This document shows positions 19,976-29,435 of a stretch of 64,000 nucleotides of DNA, piece after piece (positions within the stretch are counted from its first letter, which is position 1; every line of letters begins with the position of its first letter). The notes beneath the pieces were generated by a model that was not told where the DNA came from, did no database searches, and was given only the letters and a program-made list of their open reading frames with translations. Both the position numbers and the translations under genes were made by a program. Source of the stretch: Poseidonia sp. (GTDB taxonomy: Archaea; Thermoplasmatota; Poseidoniia; Poseidoniales; Poseidoniaceae); NCBI GenBank assembly GCA_965661285.1, contig CBFIDD010000002.1, positions 96,001 to 160,000 on the forward strand, given 5' to 3'.

Positions 19976-20532
19976 GCATCATCACCGTCCTCAAGAAGAT
20001 GGTCAAGGTCAAAAAATTCAAATTGCAGTCCAACCAACTCTCCGCTTGTCGACGCTCCAGCATAGGCGTCAAGCGGCTCCTGATTCAACTCCAAAAAACG
20101 CTGACCCCAGCGAAACGCTCCGAGCAGTTCTTTCGCCTGGTCTTGACGGCCCATCAGGTAGAGCACGGCCGCCAGCGCTTCAGCGGTGGTTAATTTACCA
20201 GGTTTCCCCCAATTGACGGGGTTTGCCGCAAGAAGTAAAGGAAGCATGCGAGGCTGGAGGCGAGTACGTTTCATCACCGTCTCAACCGAGGATTCAATCT
20301 GGGCCCAACTGCAGTCAAGGCCAACCAACGCACCGTGTTGTTCTTTGAGAAGAGCGTGGTCTTCCGGGCCAAACACTTTCCCGCAGAGCGGTTCGAGAAT
20401 GATGCCTTTTTTGGGCAGGGATTTTATGGATTTGTGCAGCCGTAAATCTCCGCGTTTTGAGGCGAGAACGGCCGTGTTTTTTTTCGGGTCGTCCTGAGCC
20501 AGCCAAAGGGCGTGTACGGCGATGGGGCGCAC
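19972..20532 (-). CDS. tsr3: 16S rRNA aminocarboxypropyltransferase (DUF367)
   Basis: QDDPKKNTA, LDCSW, RMLPLLLAANPVNWG, LTTAEALAA, FRWG..FLELN. Confidence 0.92.
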   Translation of the reverse strand: MRPIAVHALWLAQDDPKKNTAVLASKRGDLRLHKSIKSLPKKGIILEPLCGKVFGPEDHALLKEQHGALVGLDCSWAQIESSVETVMKRTRLQPRMLPLLLAANPVNWGKPGKLTTAEALAAVLYLMGRQDQAKELLGAFRWGQRFLELNQEPLDAYAGASTSGELVGLQFEFFDLDHLLEDGDDA

Positions 20533-20536
20533 GCCA

Positions 20537-21019
20537 TCACCTCAGGTCGTTGAAGTAATCACCAAAGGTCATGCCTCGGGAAGGGCCGGCATTCACGTGC
20601 CGGGATTCCTCGGCTGTTCGCTCAACCATGAGCTTGATATTGAGAACACGTTCAAATTTCTTTACGACGGCGTCTGTCGGTTGCTTCCCAGATTCTGCTG
20701 CTTTGACGACGTTGACCGTCTCAGCCATTTTCTTGGCCAGTTGTTGCTGCGACCATTGCCGGCTACTGCGGGCGTTGGCGATTCGCTTGTGAAAATCACC
20801 AGCCAGTTCCGTTTCACCACGGGCCATGATGCTGTTTTTTCTCTTGCGCACCGAGGGTGCTGAGGCAAAGGAGCGAGAGCGTTTGATGCCGGGTGCTTCC
20901 GTCTTTGGTGCGAGGTTCATTTTTTCAACACAGCGTGCGCAAGCAGCCACTTCTGTTTTGCCGGTTCGAACACGCTTGACACCGACTTTTACTGCGCCAC
21001 AGAGTTCACATTCGCCCAT
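20537..21019 (-). CDS. mbf1: Archaeal multiprotein bridging factor 1
   Basis: N-terminal CELCG...CARC ribbon, HTH (WSQQQLA...ESGK..P), TFGD tail; adjacent to pan. Confidence 0.9.
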   Translation of the reverse strand: MGECELCGAVKVGVKRVRTGKTEVAACARCVEKMNLAPKTEAPGIKRSRSFASAPSVRKRKNSIMARGETELAGDFHKRIANARSSRQWSQQQLAKKMAETVNVVKAAESGKQPTDAVVKKFERVLNIKLMVERTAEESRHVNAGPSRGMTFGDYFNDLR

Positions 21020-21126
21020 GATACCAAACCTCCGGTCACGCTAATTGAACCCTTTGTTGTGTGAAACAAAGACCTGTGGCCCACATAGACCTTATACACA
21101 GTCGCCTCTTGGTTAACGTGATACTC

Positions 21127-22347
21127 ATGGGGACAGAGGTTGAACGTAACGACACCGACCTGCCCAACACGACGGAGGATGAACTCCGTTCCCTTGAGGA
21201 AGCCTACACTGACCTTCGGGAAGAAACGCAACAACTCATCAATGAGCGCACGACGCTCGAGGCGGAAATGCGCCAATTAAGGAAGCGAATTGAGCGCCTC
21301 GACGAGAACGTCAATTTGCTCAAAATGCCTCCACTCATCGTCGGCCATATTCAGGATATTCTCGACCATGAACGAGCGATCGTCCGGTCGTCCAACGGGA
21401 CCGTGTTTCAGGTCTCACTCAACCAACGCCTCGAACCTGACAAACTCAAGCCGGGTACGCGTGTCGCCTTGAACCAAGACAGCCTTTCGGTCGTTGAGGT
21501 TCTCCACGAGGCATGGGACCCAATGGTCAGCGGTGCAGAAATGGTCGAGAAACCGACCATCACCTATGCCGATGTCGCAGGTCTTGACGAACAGGTTGAA
21601 TCTGTTCGCGAAGCGATTGAATTGCCCCTTGTCAAGCCCGAACTCTTCGAAAAAGTCGGCATTGTACCTCCAAAAGGGGTGCTCTTGGTCGGCCCACCGG
21701 GCTGTGGAAAGACCTTGCTTGCCAAAGCCGTGGCAAACCACACAGAGGCTACGTTCATTCGGATGGTCGGGAGTGAACTTGCCCAGAAATACATTGGCGA
21801 AGGCGGCAGAATGGTGAGGGAATTGTTTTCTCTGGCAAAAGAAAAGGCACCCAGTGTGATTTTCTTGGATGAAATTGATGCCATCGGTGCCAAACGGCTG
21901 GACGGGTCAACGAGCGGTGATAGGGAAGTTCAACGAACCCTGATGCAATTGCTCGCAGAACTTGACGGATTTGACGCGCTTCAAGATGTCAAAATCATTG
22001 CAGCCACCAATCGCCCAGACATTCTCGACGATGCCCTCCTGCGACCCGGTAGATTTGACCGGGTCATCGAAATTCCAATTCCTGACGATGCATCTCGAAA
22101 GGCCATATTGAAAGTCCACCTTGACAGCATGAGCACAAAGAAAGTCACCCTTGGACGTATCGTGGACCGCACCAAAGGTTACTCCGGAGCCGAACTCAAT
22201 GCAACATGTGTCGAGGCTGGTATGATTGCGATTCGGGACGGGCGCTCGGCCGTAACCCACCAAGATATGGTGGAAGCCATTTCACGACTTGACAAGAAGC
22301 GGTCGCAGGGCACACAGGTTCGGTCGCCCGAAGCCCTGTATTCATGA
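21127..22347 (+). CDS. pan: Proteasome-activating nucleotidase
   Basis: N-terminal coiled coil, GPPGCGKT, IFLDEID, DREVQRTLMQLL, LRPGRFDR, C-terminal HbYX (LYS). Confidence 0.95.
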   Translation: MGTEVERNDTDLPNTTEDELRSLEEAYTDLREETQQLINERTTLEAEMRQLRKRIERLDENVNLLKMPPLIVGHIQDILDHERAIVRSSNGTVFQVSLNQRLEPDKLKPGTRVALNQDSLSVVEVLHEAWDPMVSGAEMVEKPTITYADVAGLDEQVESVREAIELPLVKPELFEKVGIVPPKGVLLVGPPGCGKTLLAKAVANHTEATFIRMVGSELAQKYIGEGGRMVRELFSLAKEKAPSVIFLDEIDAIGAKRLDGSTSGDREVQRTLMQLLAELDGFDALQDVKIIAATNRPDILDDALLRPGRFDRVIEIPIPDDASRKAILKVHLDSMSTKKVTLGRIVDRTKGYSGAELNATCVEAGMIAIRDGRSAVTHQDMVEAISRLDKKRSQGTQVRSPEALYS

Positions 22348-22392
22348 TGTTAAACAAAGAACATTCAAAGACCCAATGCAAAGGCACTGGGC

Positions 22393-23439
22393 ATGGTTTC
22401 CAAACTTGTAGAATGTGTCCCGAATATCTCCGAGGGTCGAGACCAAGAAAAAATCGCCCTCATCGTCGACGCTGTTCGAAACACCCCCGGGTGCACCGTC
22501 TTGGGTGTTGAACCAGACCATGATTATCATCGAACCGTGATCACCTTTGCTGGCGCGCCTGATGATGTTGCTGCTGGTGCCGTGGCGCTCATCGAAGCAA
22601 GCATTGAACACCTCGACATGCAAAGGCACCATGGTGAACATCCTCGCCTCGGCGTCGTTGATGTGTGTCCTTTCGTCCCGCTACAAAATGTATCAATGGA
22701 AGAATGCGCGGATATTGCTCGAGACGTTGTGAACACGATTGCGCAGCGACACGATGTGCCTCTGTTCCTCTATGGAGCAGCTGCCGAAACAACGCAACGT
22801 CGAATGTTATCCGACCTGCGTCGAGGCGAGTACGAAGGTCTTGAGGCAAGACTTACAGATGGCGAAACAATGCACTTGGATGCCACCCGCTACCCCGATG
22901 CTGGGGGGCGACAGTGGACGCCTCTGGTGGCGCGGAGTGGAGGCATCACGGTTGGCGCACGACCCATTCTTGTGGCCTACAACGTGAATGTTGAGGAAAA
23001 GGACGCCACGGTTGCAAAGAAAATAGGTTCCATCGTACGCACAAGTGGACGTCTTCTCAAATCACCACAGGGCGGGAAAATTCGTTCCGGTGGGATGCTT
23101 CCCAAGGTCCAAGGCATGGGTGTGCCCGTAGAGGAACTCGGTATTTCTCAGGTGTCCATGAATCTCCTCGATGTTGACCTCTGCCCACTCCATTTGGCCT
23201 TCAAAACATGCGAGAGTTTGGCCTCAGACCACAACACCGCACTCTGCGGCAGTGAAATTGTCGGCCTTGTCCCCCTCTCCGCTATGCTCAACGCGGGTCA
23301 ATTCTTCATGCCGGATGAAGAGGACGAGGACGAGCTTGTCGCAGCAGCGGTCCAATCACTTGGTTTGAACGCACATCATGATTTTGACCCGCAGCGCCAT
23401 ATCATTGAATGGGCGCTTGCCAACGGGGTGAGCCAATGA
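22393..23439 (+). CDS. Glutamate formiminotransferase
   Basis: LVECVPNISEGR, HRTVIT, HHGEHPRLGVVDVCPFVP, VGAR..LVAYNVN, QVSMNL, SEIVGLVP. Confidence 0.92.
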   Translation: MVSKLVECVPNISEGRDQEKIALIVDAVRNTPGCTVLGVEPDHDYHRTVITFAGAPDDVAAGAVALIEASIEHLDMQRHHGEHPRLGVVDVCPFVPLQNVSMEECADIARDVVNTIAQRHDVPLFLYGAAAETTQRRMLSDLRRGEYEGLEARLTDGETMHLDATRYPDAGGRQWTPLVARSGGITVGARPILVAYNVNVEEKDATVAKKIGSIVRTSGRLLKSPQGGKIRSGGMLPKVQGMGVPVEELGISQVSMNLLDVDLCPLHLAFKTCESLASDHNTALCGSEIVGLVPLSAMLNAGQFFMPDEEDEDELVAAAVQSLGLNAHHDFDPQRHIIEWALANGVSQ

Positions 23440-24065
23440 ATTGGATGGACATGACATTGCGGGAATTTCAGGCGGCTTTGGCCTCATCTTCGCCCACGCC
23501 TGGCGGCGGAACCGCAGCGGCAGTGGCCTTGGGACAAGCAGCCTCCCTCGCCGTCATGGTATGTGATTTAACACTCGGTAAGGAAAAATGGTCGAGTGGA
23601 TGGGGCCATGCTCATGCAACCCAATCCGTAGCCATACCGATGTTGAACCGTGCTGGAGAACTTGCAACAGAGGACAGTGATGCCTTTGATGCGGTGATGG
23701 ATGGATTTGCGAGTCCCAAAGAAACGGAAGAAGAAAAAGCATCACGTCGAACAGCCATTCGTTCGGCAACCTTGCGAGCTGCTGAAGTACCGTTTGAGAC
23801 CGCCATGCTCGCACAATCCCTGCTCAACCATCTTCCTGAATTGGCTCGGACAGGAAATGCGAATGCTGTCTCCGATGTTGGCGTAGCGGGCTTGCTCGCA
23901 AGCGCCGCGGGGAAAGGAGCCATCTTCAACGTGGAAATCAACCTCAGCGCCCTACCGGACGATCACGGCGTTGAACTACGGGGTCAATTGGATGCTCTCA
24001 AGGAAAACATCCGGCTCGCATCCCGGGCGGTCATGGATGCCGTTCGCAACCGCATGGAAGCGTAA
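23436..24065 (+). CDS. Formiminotetrahydrofolate cyclodeaminase
   Basis: LASSSPTPGGG.AAA, D..AFDAVM, GNANAVSDVGVA, NVEINL; ATGA overlap with the transferase. Confidence 0.9.
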   Translation: MNWMDMTLREFQAALASSSPTPGGGTAAAVALGQAASLAVMVCDLTLGKEKWSSGWGHAHATQSVAIPMLNRAGELATEDSDAFDAVMDGFASPKETEEEKASRRTAIRSATLRAAEVPFETAMLAQSLLNHLPELARTGNANAVSDVGVAGLLASAAGKGAIFNVEINLSALPDDHGVELRGQLDALKENIRLASRAVMDAVRNRMEA

Positions 24066-26318
24066 TCACCGGACCCGACTTCCGGGCTCGATTTCACCGT
24101 CGATGGTGACCAATCGAACGACACCGTCCCCGTTATCGGCCGCCAGCATCATGCCTTCTGAGGTCACACCTCGAAGCGGTCGCGGTTTGAGATTCTTCAC
24201 AAACACCACCGACTTGCCTTCGATTTCTTCAGGAGTGTAGAATCCCTTCAAGCCAGCACATATGGTTCGGCCGTCATCCGTGCCGTCGTCAAGGCGAACA
24301 ACATACAATTTGTCAGCGTTGGGATGGTCTTCAACACTCAAGATTCGACCTACGCGCAAATTCACTTCCATGAATGTTTCAAAATCAAGGTATGCGATGC
24401 CTTCTGTTTCGTTCTTCATTTTCATTCCTCCTTTTGATTTCTTTCCACCTTTGATGCTTGAGGTCGTGGACGATTCCTCTCCTGATTCGGCCAATCCTTG
24501 TTCTGCTGTGAGGATTTCGTTGAGGTCGAGCCGTTCAAACAACGGTTCGGGCGTGCCATCGTTCCAAACGAGGTCAGCACTCCAATCAATCGCAGACGAC
24601 CAAGGTTCTTCTGCGACCTTTGACCCGTATCCGAGATTTTGCCATAGCCGTTGGGCGCTCGTGGGCATGAAGGGTTGGGTTGTGATACTCAAAAACCGGG
24701 CAATACGCCAACAAAAGGCAAGATGTGCGAAACTCTCTTCGTGGCCCTCCTGCGGTTCTTTGAGGTGTTTCCATGGTGCTGCATTCTGAATGGTTTGATT
24801 GCCGAATTGTGACACGCCCATGATGGCATTCAAGGCGTCTTTGTATCGGTGCTGTTTCAAGTGTTCAGTGATCTCAACAAAGGCTTCCTCAACAGCGGCT
24901 TGAAGGGCCGAAACAGAAGCGTGTTGGTCGTGGTCGAGGAAGGGCGAATGCCCTTGTTCGTGCGGAAGTCTTGCGCCGAGCGTGAGCACCCGGTGGACAA
25001 AATTTCCAAAGTTTGCATTCAACACATTGTTGACTTTGGCAACGAATTCATCCCACGTAAAGTCGGAGTCCTTTTCCTCGGGCATTTGTGCACTCAAGTA
25101 GTACCTCAGCGTGTCTGCAGGATATCGTTCGAGGAACGATGGGAGCCAAATAGCATGTTTTCTCGATTTCGAAAACTGACCCCCGGCGAGCATCAAGTAT
25201 TCCATAGCAGGTACGTTGTGTTCCAGTGCGAATTCTCCAGGCCCGGGGAGCGAGACGGGGGTATCGGCGGTGAGCCCCTTGTTGACATGATTGAGTCCAA
25301 GAATGAGCGCAGGCCAGATGACCGTGTGGAACGGGATGTTGTCTTTGCCCAAGAAATACAAGTGGCGTGGTGTTGTTCCGTCCTCTTCTATGTTCCACCA
25401 GCGCTTCCATGTGTCAGCTCCGTCTGGCAAAGATGTTGCATGATTCTGAGCCCAAATTCTCGCACATGTTGAGTATCCTTGGACGGCTTCAAACCAAACG
25501 TAAACGCATTTGCCCTCCCACGTATCGCCATCAAGGGGAACGGGAATGCCCCATTCAAGATCTCGAGTGACGGCTCTTGGTCGCAGGCCCATGTCAAGCC
25601 ATTGTTTTGTCATCGCCTTGACGTTCGATTTCCATCGGGATTGTTGATGCTGAGCATGTTGTTCGAGCGCATCCTGGAACAAATCAAGTCTGTAAAACAA
25701 ATGGTCGGTTTCTCGAATCTCAATCCGCGCTGAGGGATTCATCTTCGAGATTGGATTCTGAAGTTCAACGGCCTCGTAGGTGGCACCACACGCATCGCAC
25801 TGGTCACCGCGAGCACCGTCTTCACCGCAAGCAGGACACGATCCCTCAACATAACGGTCCGGCAAGAACCGTCCTGAACCATCGTCATGTACTTCGTAGT
25901 ATTGTTCTGTGGTTTTCCGTTCAAAGAATCCACCCGCTTCCAATGCTGCAAAGTTCTCTTGAACCATTCGCTTGTGCTCGGGATCGCTTGTCCGGTTGAA
26001 CAGAGCGCCACCGTATGACGGGCCACGGCTGTCCAAGTCCCCTGCCCAACTGCAACCCAGGTCAATGAGGGCTTTTTTGTTCAAAGCATGGAATTCGTCA
26101 ACAACCTTCTGCGGGGGGATACCTTGTGTTTCAGCCGTCACCGTGATGGGCGTCCCGTGTTCATCGGAACCGGACACCATCAGAACCTTGTTTCCTAATG
26201 CACGTTCAAATCGAAACTGGATGTCAGGGGGAAGGTAGCACCCAGCGACATGACCGAGGTGAAGTGGGCCGTTGGCATATGGCCAAGCAACACAAATCAG
26301 TACGTGTTCACCGGTCAA
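24066..26318 (-). CDS. metG: Methionine--tRNA ligase with C-terminal tRNA-binding domain
   Basis: AWPYANGPLHLGH, GSDEHG, Zn knuckle CPAC/CDAC, GKDNIPFH, FSKS, C-terminal OB fold (SEGMMLAA); TTG start. Confidence 0.96.
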   Translation of the reverse strand: MTGEHVLICVAWPYANGPLHLGHVAGCYLPPDIQFRFERALGNKVLMVSGSDEHGTPITVTAETQGIPPQKVVDEFHALNKKALIDLGCSWAGDLDSRGPSYGGALFNRTSDPEHKRMVQENFAALEAGGFFERKTTEQYYEVHDDGSGRFLPDRYVEGSCPACGEDGARGDQCDACGATYEAVELQNPISKMNPSARIEIRETDHLFYRLDLFQDALEQHAQHQQSRWKSNVKAMTKQWLDMGLRPRAVTRDLEWGIPVPLDGDTWEGKCVYVWFEAVQGYSTCARIWAQNHATSLPDGADTWKRWWNIEEDGTTPRHLYFLGKDNIPFHTVIWPALILGLNHVNKGLTADTPVSLPGPGEFALEHNVPAMEYLMLAGGQFSKSRKHAIWLPSFLERYPADTLRYYLSAQMPEEKDSDFTWDEFVAKVNNVLNANFGNFVHRVLTLGARLPHEQGHSPFLDHDQHASVSALQAAVEEAFVEITEHLKQHRYKDALNAIMGVSQFGNQTIQNAAPWKHLKEPQEGHEESFAHLAFCWRIARFLSITTQPFMPTSAQRLWQNLGYGSKVAEEPWSSAIDWSADLVWNDGTPEPLFERLDLNEILTAEQGLAESGEESSTTSSIKGGKKSKGGMKMKNETEGIAYLDFETFMEVNLRVGRILSVEDHPNADKLYVVRLDDGTDDGRTICAGLKGFYTPEEIEGKSVVFVKNLKPRPLRGVTSEGMMLAADNGDGVVRLVTIDGEIEPGSRVR

Positions 26319-26476
26319 AATGGCTCACCACAAACCACCGAGGGAATGATGCTTCTTGAGGTTCACCCATGTCTTTTCAAACACAGGTCCGTGTTCTGCA
26401 TATGAAGCGTCATTTTGAAGAACCCTACGCTCGTCGGTAGAACCACGCCCCAAGGGGCAGGAGTCTGCGAGACCTC

Positions 26477-27562
26477 ATGGCAAATGACATCATCGCTGCG
26501 GCCACCGTTGCCGTTAACGCCACAGGTGATGGCGACATGACGCTTCTCATATTCTACATTACGCTGGCCCTTGGCGTCTCGTTTTTATGTTCAATTCTCG
26601 AAGCCGTCGTGTTGTCAACGCCACAAACCTATGTCAACATCCTCGAGAATGAAGGAAAACGTACGGCGGAGATGTGGGCTCATCTCAAGGATGATGATTC
26701 GGTTCGCCCCCTCACAGCCATCCTGACCTTGAACACCATTGCGCACACGATGGGGGCGGCCGGTGTCGGTTCACAAGTTCAGCAAATATGGGGCGTAGAG
26801 GTTCTCACCGCAGCCTCTGCCATTCTTACGCTTGCTGTGCTCTTCCTCTCTGAAATCATCCCGAAAACGCTTGGAGCCGCCTACTGGAAACGTCTTTCCA
26901 CACCTTCCGCATATCTCTTGACGTGGTTTACAAAGTCCCTGTTTTTCCTGATCGGCCCCATTCAAGCCATCAAGAACATCCTCCCGAAATCGAGCAGCTC
27001 AAACGTAACACGGGACGATGTTGCAGCCATGGCTGACCTCGGTGAGATTGAGGGCGCACTTGCGGAGGCTGAAGAGACCATCATCCACAACCTGCTTGAA
27101 TTGCGCAACGTCATGGTTGAGGATGAGATGACGCCTCGTACCGTCGTTTCTGCCTTTGATATGAATCAGACCATCGCTGAAGTGCTTGACAACAACACCA
27201 TTCTGCGGTTTTCACGCATCCCTGTTTACGAAGACAACATCGACCACATCCGAGGTCTTGTTATCCGTTCAGATATTCTCATGGCAGCCAGTAGAGATGA
27301 GTGGGAAGTACAACTCAAAGATCTCATGAAACCCATTCTGAAAATTGAACTCGGTTCGACCATCGAGCAGGCTCTCGACGTCTTTTTGAGCAACCGGCAA
27401 CAATTTGCCCTCGTACGCGATGAATTTGGCGGGACATCTGGTATTTTGACGATGGAAGACGTCATGGAGAATCTGCTTGGTAAGGAAATCGTTGATGAAC
27501 TGGACCCTGTTGAAGACATGCGTGAACTTGCCCGGGAACAAGCCGCTCAAGAAGACGAATGA
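26477..27562 (+). CDS. CNNM/DUF21 plus CBS-domain protein (CorB/hemolysin-like)
   Basis: SFLCSILEA, ILTLNTIAH, SEIIPKT, MTPR, FSRIPVY, DEFGG..GI.TMED. Confidence 0.9.
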   Translation: MANDIIAAATVAVNATGDGDMTLLIFYITLALGVSFLCSILEAVVLSTPQTYVNILENEGKRTAEMWAHLKDDDSVRPLTAILTLNTIAHTMGAAGVGSQVQQIWGVEVLTAASAILTLAVLFLSEIIPKTLGAAYWKRLSTPSAYLLTWFTKSLFFLIGPIQAIKNILPKSSSSNVTRDDVAAMADLGEIEGALAEAEETIIHNLLELRNVMVEDEMTPRTVVSAFDMNQTIAEVLDNNTILRFSRIPVYEDNIDHIRGLVIRSDILMAASRDEWEVQLKDLMKPILKIELGSTIEQALDVFLSNRQQFALVRDEFGGTSGILTMEDVMENLLGKEIVDELDPVEDMRELAREQAAQEDE

Positions 27563-28554
27563 GTCGGAAACAACTCGTCCAACCAAGCATCGACCACGGC
27601 CTTTCTCGATGAAGAGTTGTGAGAGCCCGAATGGGTCAGGTCGTCAAGCAGCGCGGTGGTCAGGAGAGATTCATCATTTCCACCGGTCATCAGCGCAATG
27701 AGTCGTTCATGATGGACGGCGCCAAGGCGTTCATCGGGATTCGCTTGGACCAACAATGAGGATTCTTGCGGCATGCCCCATTTTGGAACGTCCGCTTCAT
27801 CGAGATGCAAAAAATTGGCCGTATTTTGATTGATGGCATTGAAATGGCGTAGTGTTTTTTTGAGCACTGTAGGGCGGAAAATCTTCGGAATTTTGAGAAG
27901 AGTGCACGTCTCATCAAAAATTTCGGTATACCCAGTCATGGGTGATTCCAAGATCCAACCGAGCATGGAGACAGCTTCGTGAAGTTCATCTCTGCGGTGG
28001 CTGATTCGCAATCCGATGAATGCGCCGATGCTGTGGCCGTAATGAACCACGCCGGAAGTGAACAACTCCGGCTTTTGTTGAACGAGTTGATTCACGGACT
28101 GAATCAACAACGTGCAGGATTCCTCCGCAGACCATTTGGTCAATGAATCCGAGACACCATGACCGGGGAGGTCAACAAGCACAACGCTCCAACCGCGTTC
28201 AAGGAATGATTCCGCCCTGTATGTCATGCGACAGGCCCCGCCTGTCCAGCCGTGAAAAATCCAAGCAAGAGGGGCGCCTTCCCTCCCTTTTGCGATATAG
28301 TGTGCAACCTCCTGGCCGTTGACAGCCTGCATCGACCTCGAAAAACGTTCATCCTCAACTGGAGGCTTTCGCTTCGGTGGCGCACGGAATGACAGTTGCG
28401 TGACGATCTCGAGATAGACCAACACGACCGAGAAGAAGGCAACGATGGTGCCCCACCAAGGGTGGAGAGACAACGCAAGTGATGTTGAAAGGATGCCAAG
28501 GAACAGAACCAAAGCCGGAAGGATATGGTTTTCTCGCCGTAGAGCGTTTAGCAA
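27547..28554 (-). CDS. Membrane-anchored alpha/beta hydrolase
   Basis: Two N-terminal TM helices, FHGW, DLPGHG, GHSIG nucleophile elbow; start uncertain. Confidence 0.8.
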   Translation of the reverse strand: MLNALRRENHILPALVLFLGILSTSLALSLHPWWGTIVAFFSVVLVYLEIVTQLSFRAPPKRKPPVEDERFSRSMQAVNGQEVAHYIAKGREGAPLAWIFHGWTGGACRMTYRAESFLERGWSVVLVDLPGHGVSDSLTKWSAEESCTLLIQSVNQLVQQKPELFTSGVVHYGHSIGAFIGLRISHRRDELHEAVSMLGWILESPMTGYTEIFDETCTLLKIPKIFRPTVLKKTLRHFNAINQNTANFLHLDEADVPKWGMPQESSLLVQANPDERLGAVHHERLIALMTGGNDESLLTTALLDDLTHSGSHNSSSRKAVVDAWLDELFPTHSSS

Positions 28555-28581
28555 ACGAGGCCCTCACGGAAACGGAACCGC

Positions 28582-29430
28582 TTAATCCTCTTTAGCGTTG
28601 GTTTCGTCTGAAGCCTCTTTGGCCTTGTCGGATTCCGCGTCTTTTTGCTCCTTCTTGGCCTTGCGCTCTTCCTGGCGCTTGAGAAGTTGGTCGCCGAAGT
28701 TGCCCATGTTCTCAAGCCGTGCCCAAATACCGGTAGCCTTCTCCTCCTCAGAGGGTACATACTTCACGAGGTAAGCGCCAAAGAGCAAATCGTACAATCC
28801 CTGTCCCATCTCGCTTCCATTGCGAAGGAAGCGGTCAACGAACCAGACGATGATGAAGATCGTGCCGAGGGAGAAGATGATGATGGCACCGGTGTTATCG
28901 GCCTCCGACAGCTTCTGGAATTGGGTAGCGACCGAGATCACACCAATGAGTGCACCAAGTCCTTTCGTGTTCTCGAGGATTCCGTGCAGAAACAGCGGGT
29001 TGGCACCGTTGCCTCGGATAAATTTCGTGCGAGATACAAATTGACCGAGGTTTCGGCTGAACTTCATCGGAATGAAGATGGCATTCAGGATGATGATGCC
29101 GCCGCTGGTCGCGAAGAGGATGGTGGTGATGATGCCTGTGTCGGATGACGCGATGAAGAGCGCAGCAAAGAGGACACCGAAGTTGATGATGAAATTCACG
29201 AGCCATGAAATCCGGCGGTTCATGTTGGTCGCCAGTTCGTAATCATCCGCAAGACCAACGGGGCGTGCTCGAGGCGTACGCACCTTCTTGGTCTTGGCCG
29301 CCTTTTGAGCTTTCACGGGTTTGGCTTTAGCCGCCTTGGCTACCGGCTTGGCTTTGGCAACTGGTTTTGCCTTCGCTACCGGTTTTTTATCGTCCCCGCC
29401 AGATGCTGCTGCCTTGTCAAGTAGTCCCAT
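28582..29430 (-). CDS. Membrane protein (possibly RDD-like) with Lys/Ala-rich N-terminus
   Basis: KPVAKA repeats, RRISWLVNFII, about 4 TM helices, GQGLYDLLFGAYLV resembling the RDD C-terminal motif. Confidence 0.65.
   Translation of the reverse strand: MGLLDKAAASGGDDKKPVAKAKPVAKAKPVAKAAKAKPVKAQKAAKTKKVRTPRARPVGLADDYELATNMNRRISWLVNFIINFGVLFAALFIASSDTGIITTILFATSGGIIILNAIFIPMKFSRNLGQFVSRTKFIRGNGANPLFLHGILENTKGLGALIGVISVATQFQKLSEADNTGAIIIFSLGTIFIIVWFVDRFLRNGSEMGQGLYDLLFGAYLVKYVPSEEEKATGIWARLENMGNFGDQLLKRQEERKAKKEQKDAESDKAKEASDETNAKED
29284..29388 (-). repeat. Coding low-complexity repeat (KPVAKA)x3 plus Lys/Ala tract
   Basis: Translation KKPVAKAKPVAKAKPVAKAAKAKPVKAQKAAKTKK with synonymous codon variation between units. 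Confidence 0.7.
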
Positions 29431-29435
29431 GTTGT

